This document shows, in pieces, positions 18,347 through 27,023 of a stretch of DNA of 64,000 bases (within the stretch, counting starts at the first letter, position 1; each line of letters opens with the position of its first letter). Origin of the DNA: Thermoplasmata archaeon (GTDB taxonomy: Archaea > Thermoplasmatota > Thermoplasmata > Lutacidiplasmatales > UBA184); the NCBI GenBank assembly GCA_021817605.1, contig JAKAUN010000002.1, positions 3,676-67,675 of the forward strand, read 5' to 3'. The translations under genes were made by a program, and so were the position numbers. The notes below the pieces were generated by a model. The model had not been told where the DNA came from and did not search any database. It saw nothing but the letters and a program-made list of their open reading frames with translations.

Positions 18347-21300
18347 CTAGGGCACTTCCTTGCGGTCTGCGCACGCCGCGTCCGTGGGACGGTCCTCGTC
18401 TCCCGCGGTCTGCCCCCCAAGAGCAGCTCCCGACCGGGAGGCGCCCGCCGCGGCCAGGAGCAACGTCGTCGCGAGAGCGGCTGCCGCGGGGAGCGCGAGC
18501 CCGGCACCGCCCACCGGCCCGCCGACCGACAACGCGGACGGAAGGCGGGGGAGCGCGGGGGGGTTCATGGTGACGTTGACGAGCTGCCTCGGAGACGGCG
18601 CGTGGAGCACCGCAATCGTTCCGCTGGCAGGGGTCGGGGCCTGCGTGTTCGCGACCCCCACGGTGTAGGTGTAGTTGCCTATCGGCAAGAGGAAACGGAT
18701 GACGCCCTTGCCGGCGAGCTTCGAAAGGGTCGTGGGGAAGGTGAGCGCCGGGGTCGAGCCGGTCGCGATCGTGACCGTCCAGGTCGCCCCAGCCTGTAGG
18801 CCCTTCTCGCGGAAGACGATCGCCTCGGTCAGTAGGCGGAACTTCACCACCTTGGTGAGGGCATGCTTGGGAACGTGGAACCCACCCTTGGCCGGCAGGA
18901 CCTTGTACTCCGCTCCCGGGCCGGCGATCGCGAAGTGGAAGGCGGCGCCGGTCGGTAGGGAGAACGATATCGAGGTGCCGGTCGATGTCTTCGACTGGCC
19001 GGCGGGTCCGCCGTGGGGGAACGCGGGGGTGAGATCAACTCCCCAGGTCGACCCCGCGTACTTCTGGAACTTCGCTAGCGAGCTCTGGTTGAAGGTGACC
19101 GTCTGGAGGTGCCCGAAGATGACCGTCCACGTGGCGACCCCCGACAGCGAGTAGGTCGGGGTCCCGTAGGTCTGGTTGGGCGACCCCGGACCCGCGATCC
19201 TGGCGACCCCCCATCCTGCGGGCCCACTGATGTTGTAGACGAGGGCGCCTGCCGCCTCCGAGAACGAGACCGAACCTGTCGACCCGGTCCCGGTCGTCAC
19301 CGTGGTGTCGCTCCTCACGATCCCGAGAACATCCACCGACCAGAGCGCCCCGGCCGGGAGGTGGAGCTCCCGGAAGCGCAAGGTGTGCCCGAGCGACGCC
19401 GTGAAGACGATGGGGATGTTCACGGGGCTCCCGCTGATCGAGAACTGCCCGCCGTAGAGGCTCGCGGCGAACCCCGGCACGAAGGGGATGGTGAAGTTGT
19501 AGCTGATGTTTTGGGCGTCCATGACCATCGCGTCGGGAGCCGGGGCGGTCGCCGTCACCGTGCCCGGAGGCGTGCCGAAAGCATGGCCGATCGAGAGCGA
19601 CCAATTCGTCCCGTTCGGGAGACCGGTCTCCGTGAACGTGGCGAGTTCGCCGGCTAGCAGGCTCGAGTTCGTCACCGCGTAGGCCTTCGACCAGTAGACG
19701 CTGGTCCCCGCGAACACGTTCTCTTGGAGGGTGATCGTGGTGAGCCCGTTGAAGCAGTCCGTCGCCTCGATGGACGCCGTCGGCACGACACTGGCGGCGC
19801 AGCTAGCCGCCGACTGGCTCGCGCCGTTGGACCCGGACGTGCTGGTCCCGATCAGCACGTTGTGGGCTGCCATCTGCGCCGTCCCGATGAGGAAGATCCC
19901 CGGCGCCCCGCTCGCCGCGTTGTTGACCACGTTCGCATCCACGGTGGTGATTCCCGTGCCTTGCGGCTCGGTCACGATGCCGTAGGCGAGGCTGTCGGTC
20001 ACGGTGTTGCCGTCGATCGTCGCCGGGGCGCCCGCGATGCCCGCGTAGCTCGAGGTGTACATCGCATACAAGATTCCGACCGAGCTCGAGCCCACGTGGT
20101 TCGCCTCGATGTTGCACGTCAAAGCCCCCGGAGCACATCCGGCCCAGATCGCCGACGATTGGGTCTGGGTGAAGTAGGAGCCGCCGGTCTCGAAGGAGAA
20201 GCCGCGGACGGTGTTGCCTGAGACGGTCACCGAGCTACCCCAGACGATGATCCCGCCCTCGGAGGCCGCCGTATCGGCTGCCCCTGGGCCGAGAACCGTG
20301 TTGCCGATCACCGAGAAGGTCCCGGTGGGCTCGACCGACGTTGCGGGGAAGATGTCGCCCGCCTCGATCCCCACCGGGCCGCCGGGGCCGGCCCCGCCGG
20401 CTCCGAGCGTGACCGTCGAGGATTCGATCGTGGCGCTCGTCAGGGCGGGGGCCACGATGATCCCGTTGACAGCGCCCGTTCCGAGCGTCGTCGCGTCCTT
20501 CACCGTGACCCCGTTCGCTTGGACCCCGATCGAGTTGCCGTCGCTCGGGTAGCCCGTCGTGTTGATCGTGAAACTCGCCCCGTTGAGCGTGCTGTCGGCC
20601 CAGTAGTCCGTAACGTTGCCCGCAAAGCTCGAGCGCAACGTGGCGACCGTGCCGGCTACCGACACCAGGCTGGCGTTCGTCGGGATCCCGCTCGAGCTCA
20701 GCACGAGCTGGCCGGGAGCCGCGTGGACGAACACGAGCACCGGCTCGACCACCGCCGAGCCGCTGACGGAGCCAACACCCGGGGTGATCAGCGTGTTCTC
20801 GTACCACCCGCCAATCGCTCCGATGCCGTAGGAGAACGATCCGTTCTGGAGATCGCCGACGATCGACGCCGGCGCGGGAACGTTGGCCGTGGTGCCGTTC
20901 ATCGTCACGGACCAGTCGAGGCCCGGGGTAAGGCCGCTCTCGGACCACGTAACATGCTCCCCACCCCGCTGGAACGAAGTCGCCGGGTAGGTCGGGAAGG
21001 TCGCCGTCCAGTCCGGCGCGTTCGTCTGAGCGAAGATGTTGGCGTTCAGCGTGACCTCGGTCGCGGGGTTGAAGCAATCGGTGGCCTCGACCGACGCGGT
21101 CGGGATCGTCGAAGCGACGCAGCTCGCCTGACCTTGGAGCGCCCCGTTGGTGCCGGTGGTGTTCGTCCCCAGGAAGACGTTCCCGGTCAGCGAGAAGGTC
21201 CCTCCAATGAGATAGGCGCCTGGGGCGCCGCTGGGAGCACTGGCGAACGTGTTGGACTCGACCAGGGAGACTCCCGCGGCCCCGGTGGGCTCAAGGACCA

Positions 21301-22240
21301 TCCCGTAGGCGAGGCTGTTGGTGATGGTGTTGTGCAGGACCACTACGGCCGATTGAGCGATGCTCCCAAAACCGGAGGTCATGAGGGCGTAGACGATGCC
21401 GATGCCGTTCGTGTTGAGGGTGTTGGAGTTGATGTCGCACGCAGGCGCGCCTACGGCGCAGCCGGCGAGGATCCCCACGGACTGGGTGTCCTGGAACCAT
21501 GAGGAGTAGGTATTCGCACCGGAGGTCGTGGTCGTGTCCAGGGAGAATCCGCTCACCGTGCTGTTGGTGATCGCGACGGAGTTTCCGTAGACGACGATCC
21601 CGGTCTCGCCGGCGGTGCCTCCCGCACCAGGACCGACGACCGTGACCGCGTTCACGACGAAGGTGCCCGTGGGCTCGACCGCCGTGGCCGGGAATACGTT
21701 GCCGAGCTGAATCCCCAGAGCCGTCGTGCTTCCGGCGGCGAGCGTCACCGTCGAGCTTTCGATCGTCGCCGAGGAGGTGACGAGCGAAGGCGCCGCAAGG
21801 ATCCCGTCCGTGCTGCCGCTCGAGATCGTCACGAAATTCTGCACCGTGATGCCGTTCGCCTCGAGGCTGAGAGCCGCGAGGTCGGTGGGATACGCCGTCG
21901 CGTTGACCACGCACCCGGAGCCGTCCAGCATACTGTTGGCAAACGAATCAGAAAGGTTGCCCGAGAAGCCCTCGAGCACCGTCACCACCGAACCGTTGAC
22001 GGAGACCGCTGTCGGGTCGCTCGAGACCCCTCCGGCAGAGATGGTGACCGTCCCGAGACTACCGGCGGAGGGGCAGGCGGCCAAGGTGGAGAAGGCAGGC
22101 CCTCCCGGCGCCGATCCGACGGAGGACCCGAGGAAGGGGCCCGCGCCGGCAATCGTGGGGGCAAGGGCGAACCCCACCACCGCGAGGAGGCCGACCAGGG
22201 CCGCCCGGACCACCACGCGTCGAGGGGCGCTCATAGCCAC
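18347..22240 (-). CDS. Large secreted, C-terminally membrane-anchored surface protein (S-layer/adhesin-like; parallel beta-helix modules plus ESGLPxGxxWSV-type beta-sandwich repeats)
   Basis: 1297 aa. It has a signal peptide (MAMSAPRRVVVRAALVGLLAVVGFALAPTIAGAG) and many N-x-S/T sequons. Gly/Thr/Ser/Val-rich beta-helix-like segments occur twice. Four modules have the form ESGLTPGLDWSV / ETGLPNGTNWSL / ELHLPAGALWSV / EKGLQAGATWTV. A C-terminal TM helix (GLALPAAAALATTLLLAAAGA) is followed by a short charged tail. A GAGGGGTG Shine-Dalgarno-like element precedes the ATG. Confidence 0.85.
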   Translation of the reverse strand: MAMSAPRRVVVRAALVGLLAVVGFALAPTIAGAGPFLGSSVGSAPGGPAFSTLAACPSAGSLGTVTISAGGVSSDPTAVSVNGSVVTVLEGFSGNLSDSFANSMLDGSGCVVNATAYPTDLAALSLEANGITVQNFVTISSGSTDGILAAPSLVTSSATIESSTVTLAAGSTTALGIQLGNVFPATAVEPTGTFVVNAVTVVGPGAGGTAGETGIVVYGNSVAITNSTVSGFSLDTTTTSGANTYSSWFQDTQSVGILAGCAVGAPACDINSNTLNTNGIGIVYALMTSGFGSIAQSAVVVLHNTITNSLAYGMVLEPTGAAGVSLVESNTFASAPSGAPGAYLIGGTFSLTGNVFLGTNTTGTNGALQGQASCVASTIPTASVEATDCFNPATEVTLNANIFAQTNAPDWTATFPTYPATSFQRGGEHVTWSESGLTPGLDWSVTMNGTTANVPAPASIVGDLQNGSFSYGIGAIGGWYENTLITPGVGSVSGSAVVEPVLVFVHAAPGQLVLSSSGIPTNASLVSVAGTVATLRSSFAGNVTDYWADSTLNGASFTINTTGYPSDGNSIGVQANGVTVKDATTLGTGAVNGIIVAPALTSATIESSTVTLGAGGAGPGGPVGIEAGDIFPATSVEPTGTFSVIGNTVLGPGAADTAASEGGIIVWGSSVTVSGNTVRGFSFETGGSYFTQTQSSAIWAGCAPGALTCNIEANHVGSSSVGILYAMYTSSYAGIAGAPATIDGNTVTDSLAYGIVTEPQGTGITTVDANVVNNAASGAPGIFLIGTAQMAAHNVLIGTSTSGSNGASQSAASCAASVVPTASIEATDCFNGLTTITLQENVFAGTSVYWSKAYAVTNSSLLAGELATFTETGLPNGTNWSLSIGHAFGTPPGTVTATAPAPDAMVMDAQNISYNFTIPFVPGFAASLYGGQFSISGSPVNIPIVFTASLGHTLRFRELHLPAGALWSVDVLGIVRSDTTVTTGTGSTGSVSFSEAAGALVYNISGPAGWGVARIAGPGSPNQTYGTPTYSLSGVATWTVIFGHLQTVTFNQSSLAKFQKYAGSTWGVDLTPAFPHGGPAGQSKTSTGTSISFSLPTGAAFHFAIAGPGAEYKVLPAKGGFHVPKHALTKVVKFRLLTEAIVFREKGLQAGATWTVTIATGSTPALTFPTTLSKLAGKGVIRFLLPIGNYTYTVGVANTQAPTPASGTIAVLHAPSPRQLVNVTMNPPALPRLPSALSVGGPVGGAGLALPAAAALATTLLLAAAGASRSGAALGGQTAGDEDRPTDAACADRKEVP
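19391..20728 (-). repeat. Intragenic tandem duplication, unit 2 (about aa 505-950 of the surface protein)
   Basis: Second copy of the beta-helix plus one GLPxGxxW module. The similarity is visible at DNA level too, for example gtcccggtgggctcgaccgacgttgcgggg versus gtgcccgtgggctcgaccgccgtggccggg. Boundaries are approximate. Confidence 0.75.
20741..22078 (-). repeat. Intragenic tandem duplication, unit 1 (about aa 55-500 of the surface protein)
   Basis: Collinear with unit 2 at an offset of about 445 aa. One example is ATIESSTVTLAAG..FPATAVEPTGTF..VSGFS versus ATIESSTVTLGAG..FPATSVEPTGTF..VRGFS. A second is SCVASTIPTASVEATDCFN versus SCAASVVPTASIEATDCFN. Boundaries are approximate. Confidence 0.75.
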
Positions 22241-22418
22241 CCCTCGCTTAGGTCGACCCGTTCGAACCGCGCAGAACCGCTTCGGGATTCGGGAGCAAAC
22301 ACCATCTCCGCTACCTTACCTTAGATTTGAGAGGGTCAGCTGAATAAATACCAGTTGCCCCCCGGGCCAAGGACCGGCGGTCGGCGTCCGCTTTTCGGCC
22401 CTCGGGAAGCAACAACGC

Positions 22419-22427
22419 CTAAATAGG
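22419..22427 (+). promoter_or_regulatory. Putative TATA box (CTAAATAGG) for the tuf-rps10 operon
   Basis: TAAATAG element about 38 bp upstream of ATG 22461, in a locally AT-richer spacer. Confidence 0.55.
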
Positions 22428-22460
22428 GGTGATTTGTCGGCGCGCCCGGAGCGCAAATCC

Positions 22461-23738
22461 ATGGCACAGAAGCCCCACCTCAACATCGTGTTCATTGGCC
22501 ACGTCGACCACGGGAAGTCCACGACCGTCGGCCGGCTGCTCCTGGATACCGGCTACATCCGCCAGGAGGAGATCGACAAGTTCCGCGCCGAGGCCGAGGC
22601 GAAGGGCAAGGCGACGTTCGAGTTCGCCTGGGTGATGGACGAGCTCAAGGAGGAGCGCGAGCGCGGTGTGACGATCGACATCGCCCACCGACGGTTTGAC
22701 ACCCAGAAGTACTACTTCACCATCATCGACGCCCCCGGCCACCGCGATTTCGTCAAGAACATGATCACGGGGACGAGCCAGGCCGATGCGGCGGTCCTCG
22801 TCTGCTCCGCGGCCGAAGGGATCCAGGAGCAGACCCGCGAGCACATCTTCCTCTCCCGTACGCTCGGGGTAGCCCAGCTCATCTGCGCCGTCAACAAGAT
22901 GGACCGCCAGGAGGTCGCCTACTCCGAGGCGAAGTACGAGACGATCAAGGAAGAGCTCACCAAGCTGCTCAAGAACGTCGGCTTCAAGGTCGACCAGCAG
23001 GTGACGTTCGTCCCGATCTCGGCGTTCAAGGACGACAACATCAACAAGGCGAGCCCCAACATGTCCTGGTTCAAGGGCCCGACCCTGCTCCAGGCGCTCG
23101 ACGCGCTCAAGGTCCCCGAGAAGCCTACCGATAAGCCTCTCCGCCTCCCCGTCCAGGACGTCTACACGATCACCGGGATCGGAACGGTCCCCGTGGGCCG
23201 GGTCGAGACCGGGAAGCTCAAGCTCGGCGACAAGATCACCTTCATGCCCAGCGGCAAGACCGGCGAGGTGAAGACCATCGAGATGCACCACGAGGCGGTC
23301 CCCGAGGCGATCCCGGGCGACAACATCGGCTTCAACGTCCGCGGGATCGACAAGAACGACATCCGCCGCGGGGACGTCGCCGGGCCGGCCTCCAACGCCC
23401 CGACGGTCGTGGAGAGCTTCATCGCCAACATCCAGGTGCTCAACCACCCGAGCGTGATCACGGTGGGCTACACACCGGTGTTCCACTGCCACACGGCGCA
23501 GGTCGCCTGCGAATTCACCGAGCTCCAGAAGCGACTCGACCCGAAGACCGGGCAGGTCGCCGAGGAGAACCCCCAGACCTTGAAGACGGGGGACGCGGCG
23601 GTGGTGAAGATCACCCCGAAGCGCCCGCTGGTCCTCGAGAAGTACAAGGAGTTCCCCCAGCTCGGCCGTTTCGCCGTGCGCGACATGGGCCAGACCGTCG
23701 CCGCCGGCGTCGTCGTCGACGTCAAGAAGCGCGCCTAG
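22461..23738 (+). CDS. tuf: Translation elongation factor EF-1 alpha
   Basis: [35 protein letters not shown] and NKMD GTPase motifs, with full-length collinearity to aEF-1alpha. The track start at 22434 is an upstream TTG extension. Confidence 0.96.
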   Translation: MAQKPHLNIVFIGHVDHGKSTTVGRLLLDTGYIRQEEIDKFRAEAEAKGKATFEFAWVMDELKEERERGVTIDIAHRRFDTQKYYFTIIDAPGHRDFVKNMITGTSQADAAVLVCSAAEGIQEQTREHIFLSRTLGVAQLICAVNKMDRQEVAYSEAKYETIKEELTKLLKNVGFKVDQQVTFVPISAFKDDNINKASPNMSWFKGPTLLQALDALKVPEKPTDKPLRLPVQDVYTITGIGTVPVGRVETGKLKLGDKITFMPSGKTGEVKTIEMHHEAVPEAIPGDNIGFNVRGIDKNDIRRGDVAGPASNAPTVVESFIANIQVLNHPSVITVGYTPVFHCHTAQVACEFTELQKRLDPKTGQVAEENPQTLKTGDAAVVKITPKRPLVLEKYKEFPQLGRFAVRDMGQTVAAGVVVDVKKRA

Positions 23739-23781
23739 GCCCCGGGCACACGCACCGGGGCTTGGGAGGGGGAGGGCGTCG

Positions 23782-24093
23782 GTGGTGCAGAGGGCTCGGA
23801 TCTCGCTCAGCGGGATCGACGCCGGCAAGGTCGACTCGATCTGCAAGCAGATCCGGGAGATCTCCCAGAAGACCGGTGTCGCGATCGCGGGGCCGATCCC
23901 CCTTCCGACCAAGAAGCTCAAGGTCCCCGTGCGCAAGGGCCCGGACGGTGGCGGCACGAGCACCATCGACCACTGGGAGATGCGCATCCACAAGCGCCTC
24001 ATCGACATCGACGCGGACGAGCGGGCGCTTCGCCAGGTGATGCGCATCCAGGTTCCCGACGGCGTCAACATCGAGATCGTCCTCACGGGGTAG
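23782..24093 (+). CDS. rps10: 30S ribosomal protein S10
   Basis: 103 aa. [20 protein letters not shown]...[40 protein letters not shown]. The tuf-rps10 synteny is conserved. Confidence 0.93.
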   Translation: MVQRARISLSGIDAGKVDSICKQIREISQKTGVAIAGPIPLPTKKLKVPVRKGPDGGGTSTIDHWEMRIHKRLIDIDADERALRQVMRIQVPDGVNIEIVLTG

Positions 24094-24097
24094 GGGC

Positions 24098-24724
24098 GTG
24101 CTCGCCCCCGGGGCCGGTCGCTTTCTTCTGCCGGTCGCCCTGCTCCTTTTCCTCGACCTCGTTCTCCTCCTCCTCGGAACCCCGCCTCTCGGAGCGGCGG
24201 GCTTCGGGCTCGCGGCGGTCCTTGTCGGTCTTTTCGGCTTCTTCGCCGTCTTCTTCCGCGATCCCGAGCGGAGGGTCGGGGAGGGGATCGTTTCCGCCGC
24301 GGACGGCCGCATTCGGGCCGTCGAGCGGCTCGGGGAGCGCTGGCTCGTCTCGGTGTTCATGAACGTCACCGACGTTCACGTGAATCGCCTCCCCTTCGAT
24401 GCGACGGTCGAGGCGATCGACGCTCTGGGCGAGGGGTTCCGCCCCGCCTACCGCCACGACGCGGAGGCGAACGTTAAGCGTCGCTACCGGCTCGCCACGT
24501 CGCTCGGCACGGTGGAGGTCGTCCAGATCACCGGGATCCTGGCGCGTCGCCTGGTCCCGTTCGTCCGGGTCGGGGACTCCGTGGCGAAGGGAGCGCGGCT
24601 CGGCATGATCGTGCTCGGCTCGCGGGTGGACGTGCTGCTGCCGGCGGAGAGGACCGAGCCGACGGTCCGTGTCGGGGACCGGGTCGTCGCGGGGGTCACC
24701 ACGATCGCGAGGGTCCGGCCGTGA
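24098..24724 (+). CDS. psd: Archaetidylserine (phosphatidylserine) decarboxylase proenzyme
   Basis: N-terminal TM segment, then FRDPER...SAADGRI...MNVTDVHVNR..P and a self-cleavage-type LGSR motif (MIVLGSRVDVLLP). Confidence 0.83.
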   Translation: MLAPGAGRFLLPVALLLFLDLVLLLLGTPPLGAAGFGLAAVLVGLFGFFAVFFRDPERRVGEGIVSAADGRIRAVERLGERWLVSVFMNVTDVHVNRLPFDATVEAIDALGEGFRPAYRHDAEANVKRRYRLATSLGTVEVVQITGILARRLVPFVRVGDSVAKGARLGMIVLGSRVDVLLPAERTEPTVRVGDRVVAGVTTIARVRP

Positions 24725-25464
24725 CGGACCGCTGGCGTGTCGGCGCGAACCTCGCCACCCTCGGCAACGGCCTTCTCGGAGTCGGCGCGGTCCTCTACAC
24801 GGTCGCGGGCAACAAGCTCTGGGCGATGCTCCTCATCACCCTCGCCATCGGGCTCGACGGACTGGACGGGCTGCTCTCCCGCCGGAGCGGCTCTGCGCCC
24901 GGGGCGTTCGGGCGCATCGCCGACTCGGCGGCGGACGCCGTCTCCTTCGGGGTCGCTCCCGCCGTCCTGGTCGCTGTGCACACCTCGGAGGTCGGCCTCT
25001 GGGCCCCGTACGCGACGCTGACGCTCCTCGCGGCCCTCGTCTACCTCGGCGCCGCCGTCGCGCGGTTGGCCTACTTCACCGCCCGAGCCCACGCGCTCCC
25101 GCACTTCCTCGGCATCCCGAGCCCCCAGGCGGCCCTCGCGGTGATCGTGACGGGGCTGTTCCTCGACACGCCGGCGCTCGCCCGGGTGGACCCGGCCGTC
25201 ACGGTCGCCGTCGTGCTCGCCATCGCCGTCCTCATGCTCGTGCCCGTGCCCTATCCGAAGATCCGGCGCGGGAGCCCGCTGCGCTGGCCGATGGCGACGA
25301 CCGCCGCCTTCGGGGCCCTCGCGCTCGTCCCCCTCCAGTTCCGCCTCGGCCGAGGGAGCCCGCTCTACGACCTCGCCTCCGCGGGGGCCTGGGGGCTCCT
25401 GGTCGGGGTGGCCGCCTATTACCTCGTGGGACCGTTCACGCTGGGTCGGCGAAAGGAGGGCTAG
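24721..25464 (+). CDS. pssA: CDP-alcohol phosphatidyltransferase (archaetidylserine synthase-like)
   Basis: The DGx2ARx8Gx3Dx3D-type motif is present (GLDGLDGLLSRRSGSAPGAFGRIADSAADAV), and the protein is polytopic. The GTG start overlaps the psd TGA (GTGA). Confidence 0.83.
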   Translation: MTDRWRVGANLATLGNGLLGVGAVLYTVAGNKLWAMLLITLAIGLDGLDGLLSRRSGSAPGAFGRIADSAADAVSFGVAPAVLVAVHTSEVGLWAPYATLTLLAALVYLGAAVARLAYFTARAHALPHFLGIPSPQAALAVIVTGLFLDTPALARVDPAVTVAVVLAIAVLMLVPVPYPKIRRGSPLRWPMATTAAFGALALVPLQFRLGRGSPLYDLASAGAWGLLVGVAAYYLVGPFTLGRRKEG

Positions 25465-25467
25465 CAG

Positions 25468-25929
25468 GTGCGGTCGGCACGCTCGTTCCATCGGGCCCGG
25501 CTCAGCGGCCGGGAGGCGCTGCTCTTCGAGGCCGGCATCAAGCTCGGCGGGATCTTCCACCAGTACCTGGGGATCCCGGTGAGCCGCCGGACCTCCCGAG
25601 CGCTCTCCCGCTCGGTCGAGGCGGCGGTCGGCCTCCAGCCGTTCGTCACCCGCGTGCGCGTGACGATCGACCCCTCCCGCGGCGGTCGGCTCGGGCGGCC
25701 GCCGTTCGACTACCGTTACCTGACCGCGGAGATGCTCAGCGCCAAGGTCGAGCTCTCGGACGGCCCCTGGAAGGTCGTCGCGCGCCTCGGCTACCGGGCC
25801 GATCTCCGCTACCCGCTCATGCGCGTCGAGCGGCTCAGTGTCCTCGAGCGCGACCGGCCTAGCGCCGGTCGGCGATCGGCACGTAGGGAAGGTCGGTCGG
25901 GCCGACGTACTTCGCCGTCGGCCGGATGA
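25468..25929 (+). CDS. mptD: Archaeal-type dihydroneopterin aldolase (MptD family)
   Basis: LLFEAGIKLGGIFHQYLGIPVS...LQPFV...YPLMRVE matches my recollection of the MptD (PF04038) core. The last roughly 25 codons are an R/S-rich tail that overlaps the convergent citrate synthase gene by 71 bp. Confidence 0.62.
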   Translation: MRSARSFHRARLSGREALLFEAGIKLGGIFHQYLGIPVSRRTSRALSRSVEAAVGLQPFVTRVRVTIDPSRGGRLGRPPFDYRYLTAEMLSAKVELSDGPWKVVARLGYRADLRYPLMRVERLSVLERDRPSAGRRSARREGRSGRRTSPSAG

Positions 25930-26983
25930 GGCGGAGGTCCTCGTACTCCTCGAGGACGTGGGCGGTCCACCCCACGACGCGGCTCGCCGCGAAGATCGGG
26001 GTGAACAGGTCGTGGGGGATGCCGAGGAGCGTGTACATCGACCCCGAATAGAGGTCGACATTGGGGTAGAGGCCTTTTTCCCGGTGGACGACCGCCTCGA
26101 CCTGGCGCAACAGCTCGTAGTAACGGAGCTCGTTCTTCGCCTCCCCGACCCGCCGCGACCACTCCCTCAGGATCGTGGCACGGGGGTCCTCCACCTTGTA
26201 GACGCGGTGGCCGAAACCCATGATCCGCTCGTGGCGGGAGAGCTTGCCCGTGACGACCTCCTCGGCGCGCTCGGGGTTCCCGATCTCCGCGAGCAGTTCC
26301 ATGACCCTCTCGTTCGCGCCCCCATGGAGCGGCCCCTTGAGGGTCCCGACGGCGCTGGTGATCGAGCTGTAGAGGTCCGAGAGGGTCGACGCGGTCACGC
26401 GCGCGGAGAAGGTCGATGCGTTGAGCTCGTGGTCGGCGTGGAGGATGAGCGCCACGTCCAGCGCCCGTGCCTCGAGCTCGGTGGGCTCGCGGTCGAGCAG
26501 GGCGTAGAGGAGGTAAGCGGCGGCGGAGAGGCCGGGGCGGGCTTCGGGCGGTTTCCCTCCGTTGCGCCGCCGGTGGAAGCGGCCGAGGATGGTGGGGAGG
26601 GCGGCGGTCAGCCGCTGGGCCCCGCCGATCGACGTCGGTCCCGGTCGGGTCTCCTCCGGCTCGACCAGGGCGAGGGCGCTTACGGCCGTCCTCAGGATGT
26701 CCATCGGATGGGCGGAGAGCGGCAGCTCGTCGATCTCCCGGGCGAGCGCCGGCGGGAGCTCGCGCAACGGGACGAGACGGGAGGTGAGCTCGTCCAGCTG
26801 GGACGCCGTAGGTAGGCGGCCGTACCAGAGGAGGTAGGCGACCTCCTCGAAGGTCGAACGCTCCGCGAGTTCGCGGATGTCGTAGCCTCGGTAGATGAGA
26901 CGTCCTTTCTGGCCGTCGATGAAACAGATCCGCGACTCGAGCGCGACCACGTCCTCCAAGCCCCGCTGGATCTCCGCCGCCAC
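25859..26983 (-). CDS. gltA: Citrate synthase
   Basis: 374 aa. LIYRGYDIRELA, LILHADHELNAST, GPLHGGANE and GFGHRVYKVEDPRA are signature citrate synthase segments. Confidence 0.93.
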   Translation of the reverse strand: MAAEIQRGLEDVVALESRICFIDGQKGRLIYRGYDIRELAERSTFEEVAYLLWYGRLPTASQLDELTSRLVPLRELPPALAREIDELPLSAHPMDILRTAVSALALVEPEETRPGPTSIGGAQRLTAALPTILGRFHRRRNGGKPPEARPGLSAAAYLLYALLDREPTELEARALDVALILHADHELNASTFSARVTASTLSDLYSSITSAVGTLKGPLHGGANERVMELLAEIGNPERAEEVVTGKLSRHERIMGFGHRVYKVEDPRATILREWSRRVGEAKNELRYYELLRQVEAVVHREKGLYPNVDLYSGSMYTLLGIPHDLFTPIFAASRVVGWTAHVLEEYEDLRLIRPTAKYVGPTDLPYVPIADRR

Positions 26984-27023
26984 GTTCCTCTACCCCTGCG
27001 CCCCGGCGTGAGGGGCGGGGGAG

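Noticed and set aside
18036-18374. 112-aa minus-strand ORF downstream of the surface-protein gene as a real small membrane protein.
   Set aside because: It is R/G/S/P low complexity with a single short hydrophobic run. Its start would lie inside the upstream CDS, and it has no recognisable domain. I noted the region as unexplained instead.
22255-22275. tRNA-like T-loop string (CCCGTTCGAACCGCG) upstream of the surface-protein gene.
   Set aside because: The flanking bases do not form a T-stem, and no acceptor, D or anticodon arms can be built.
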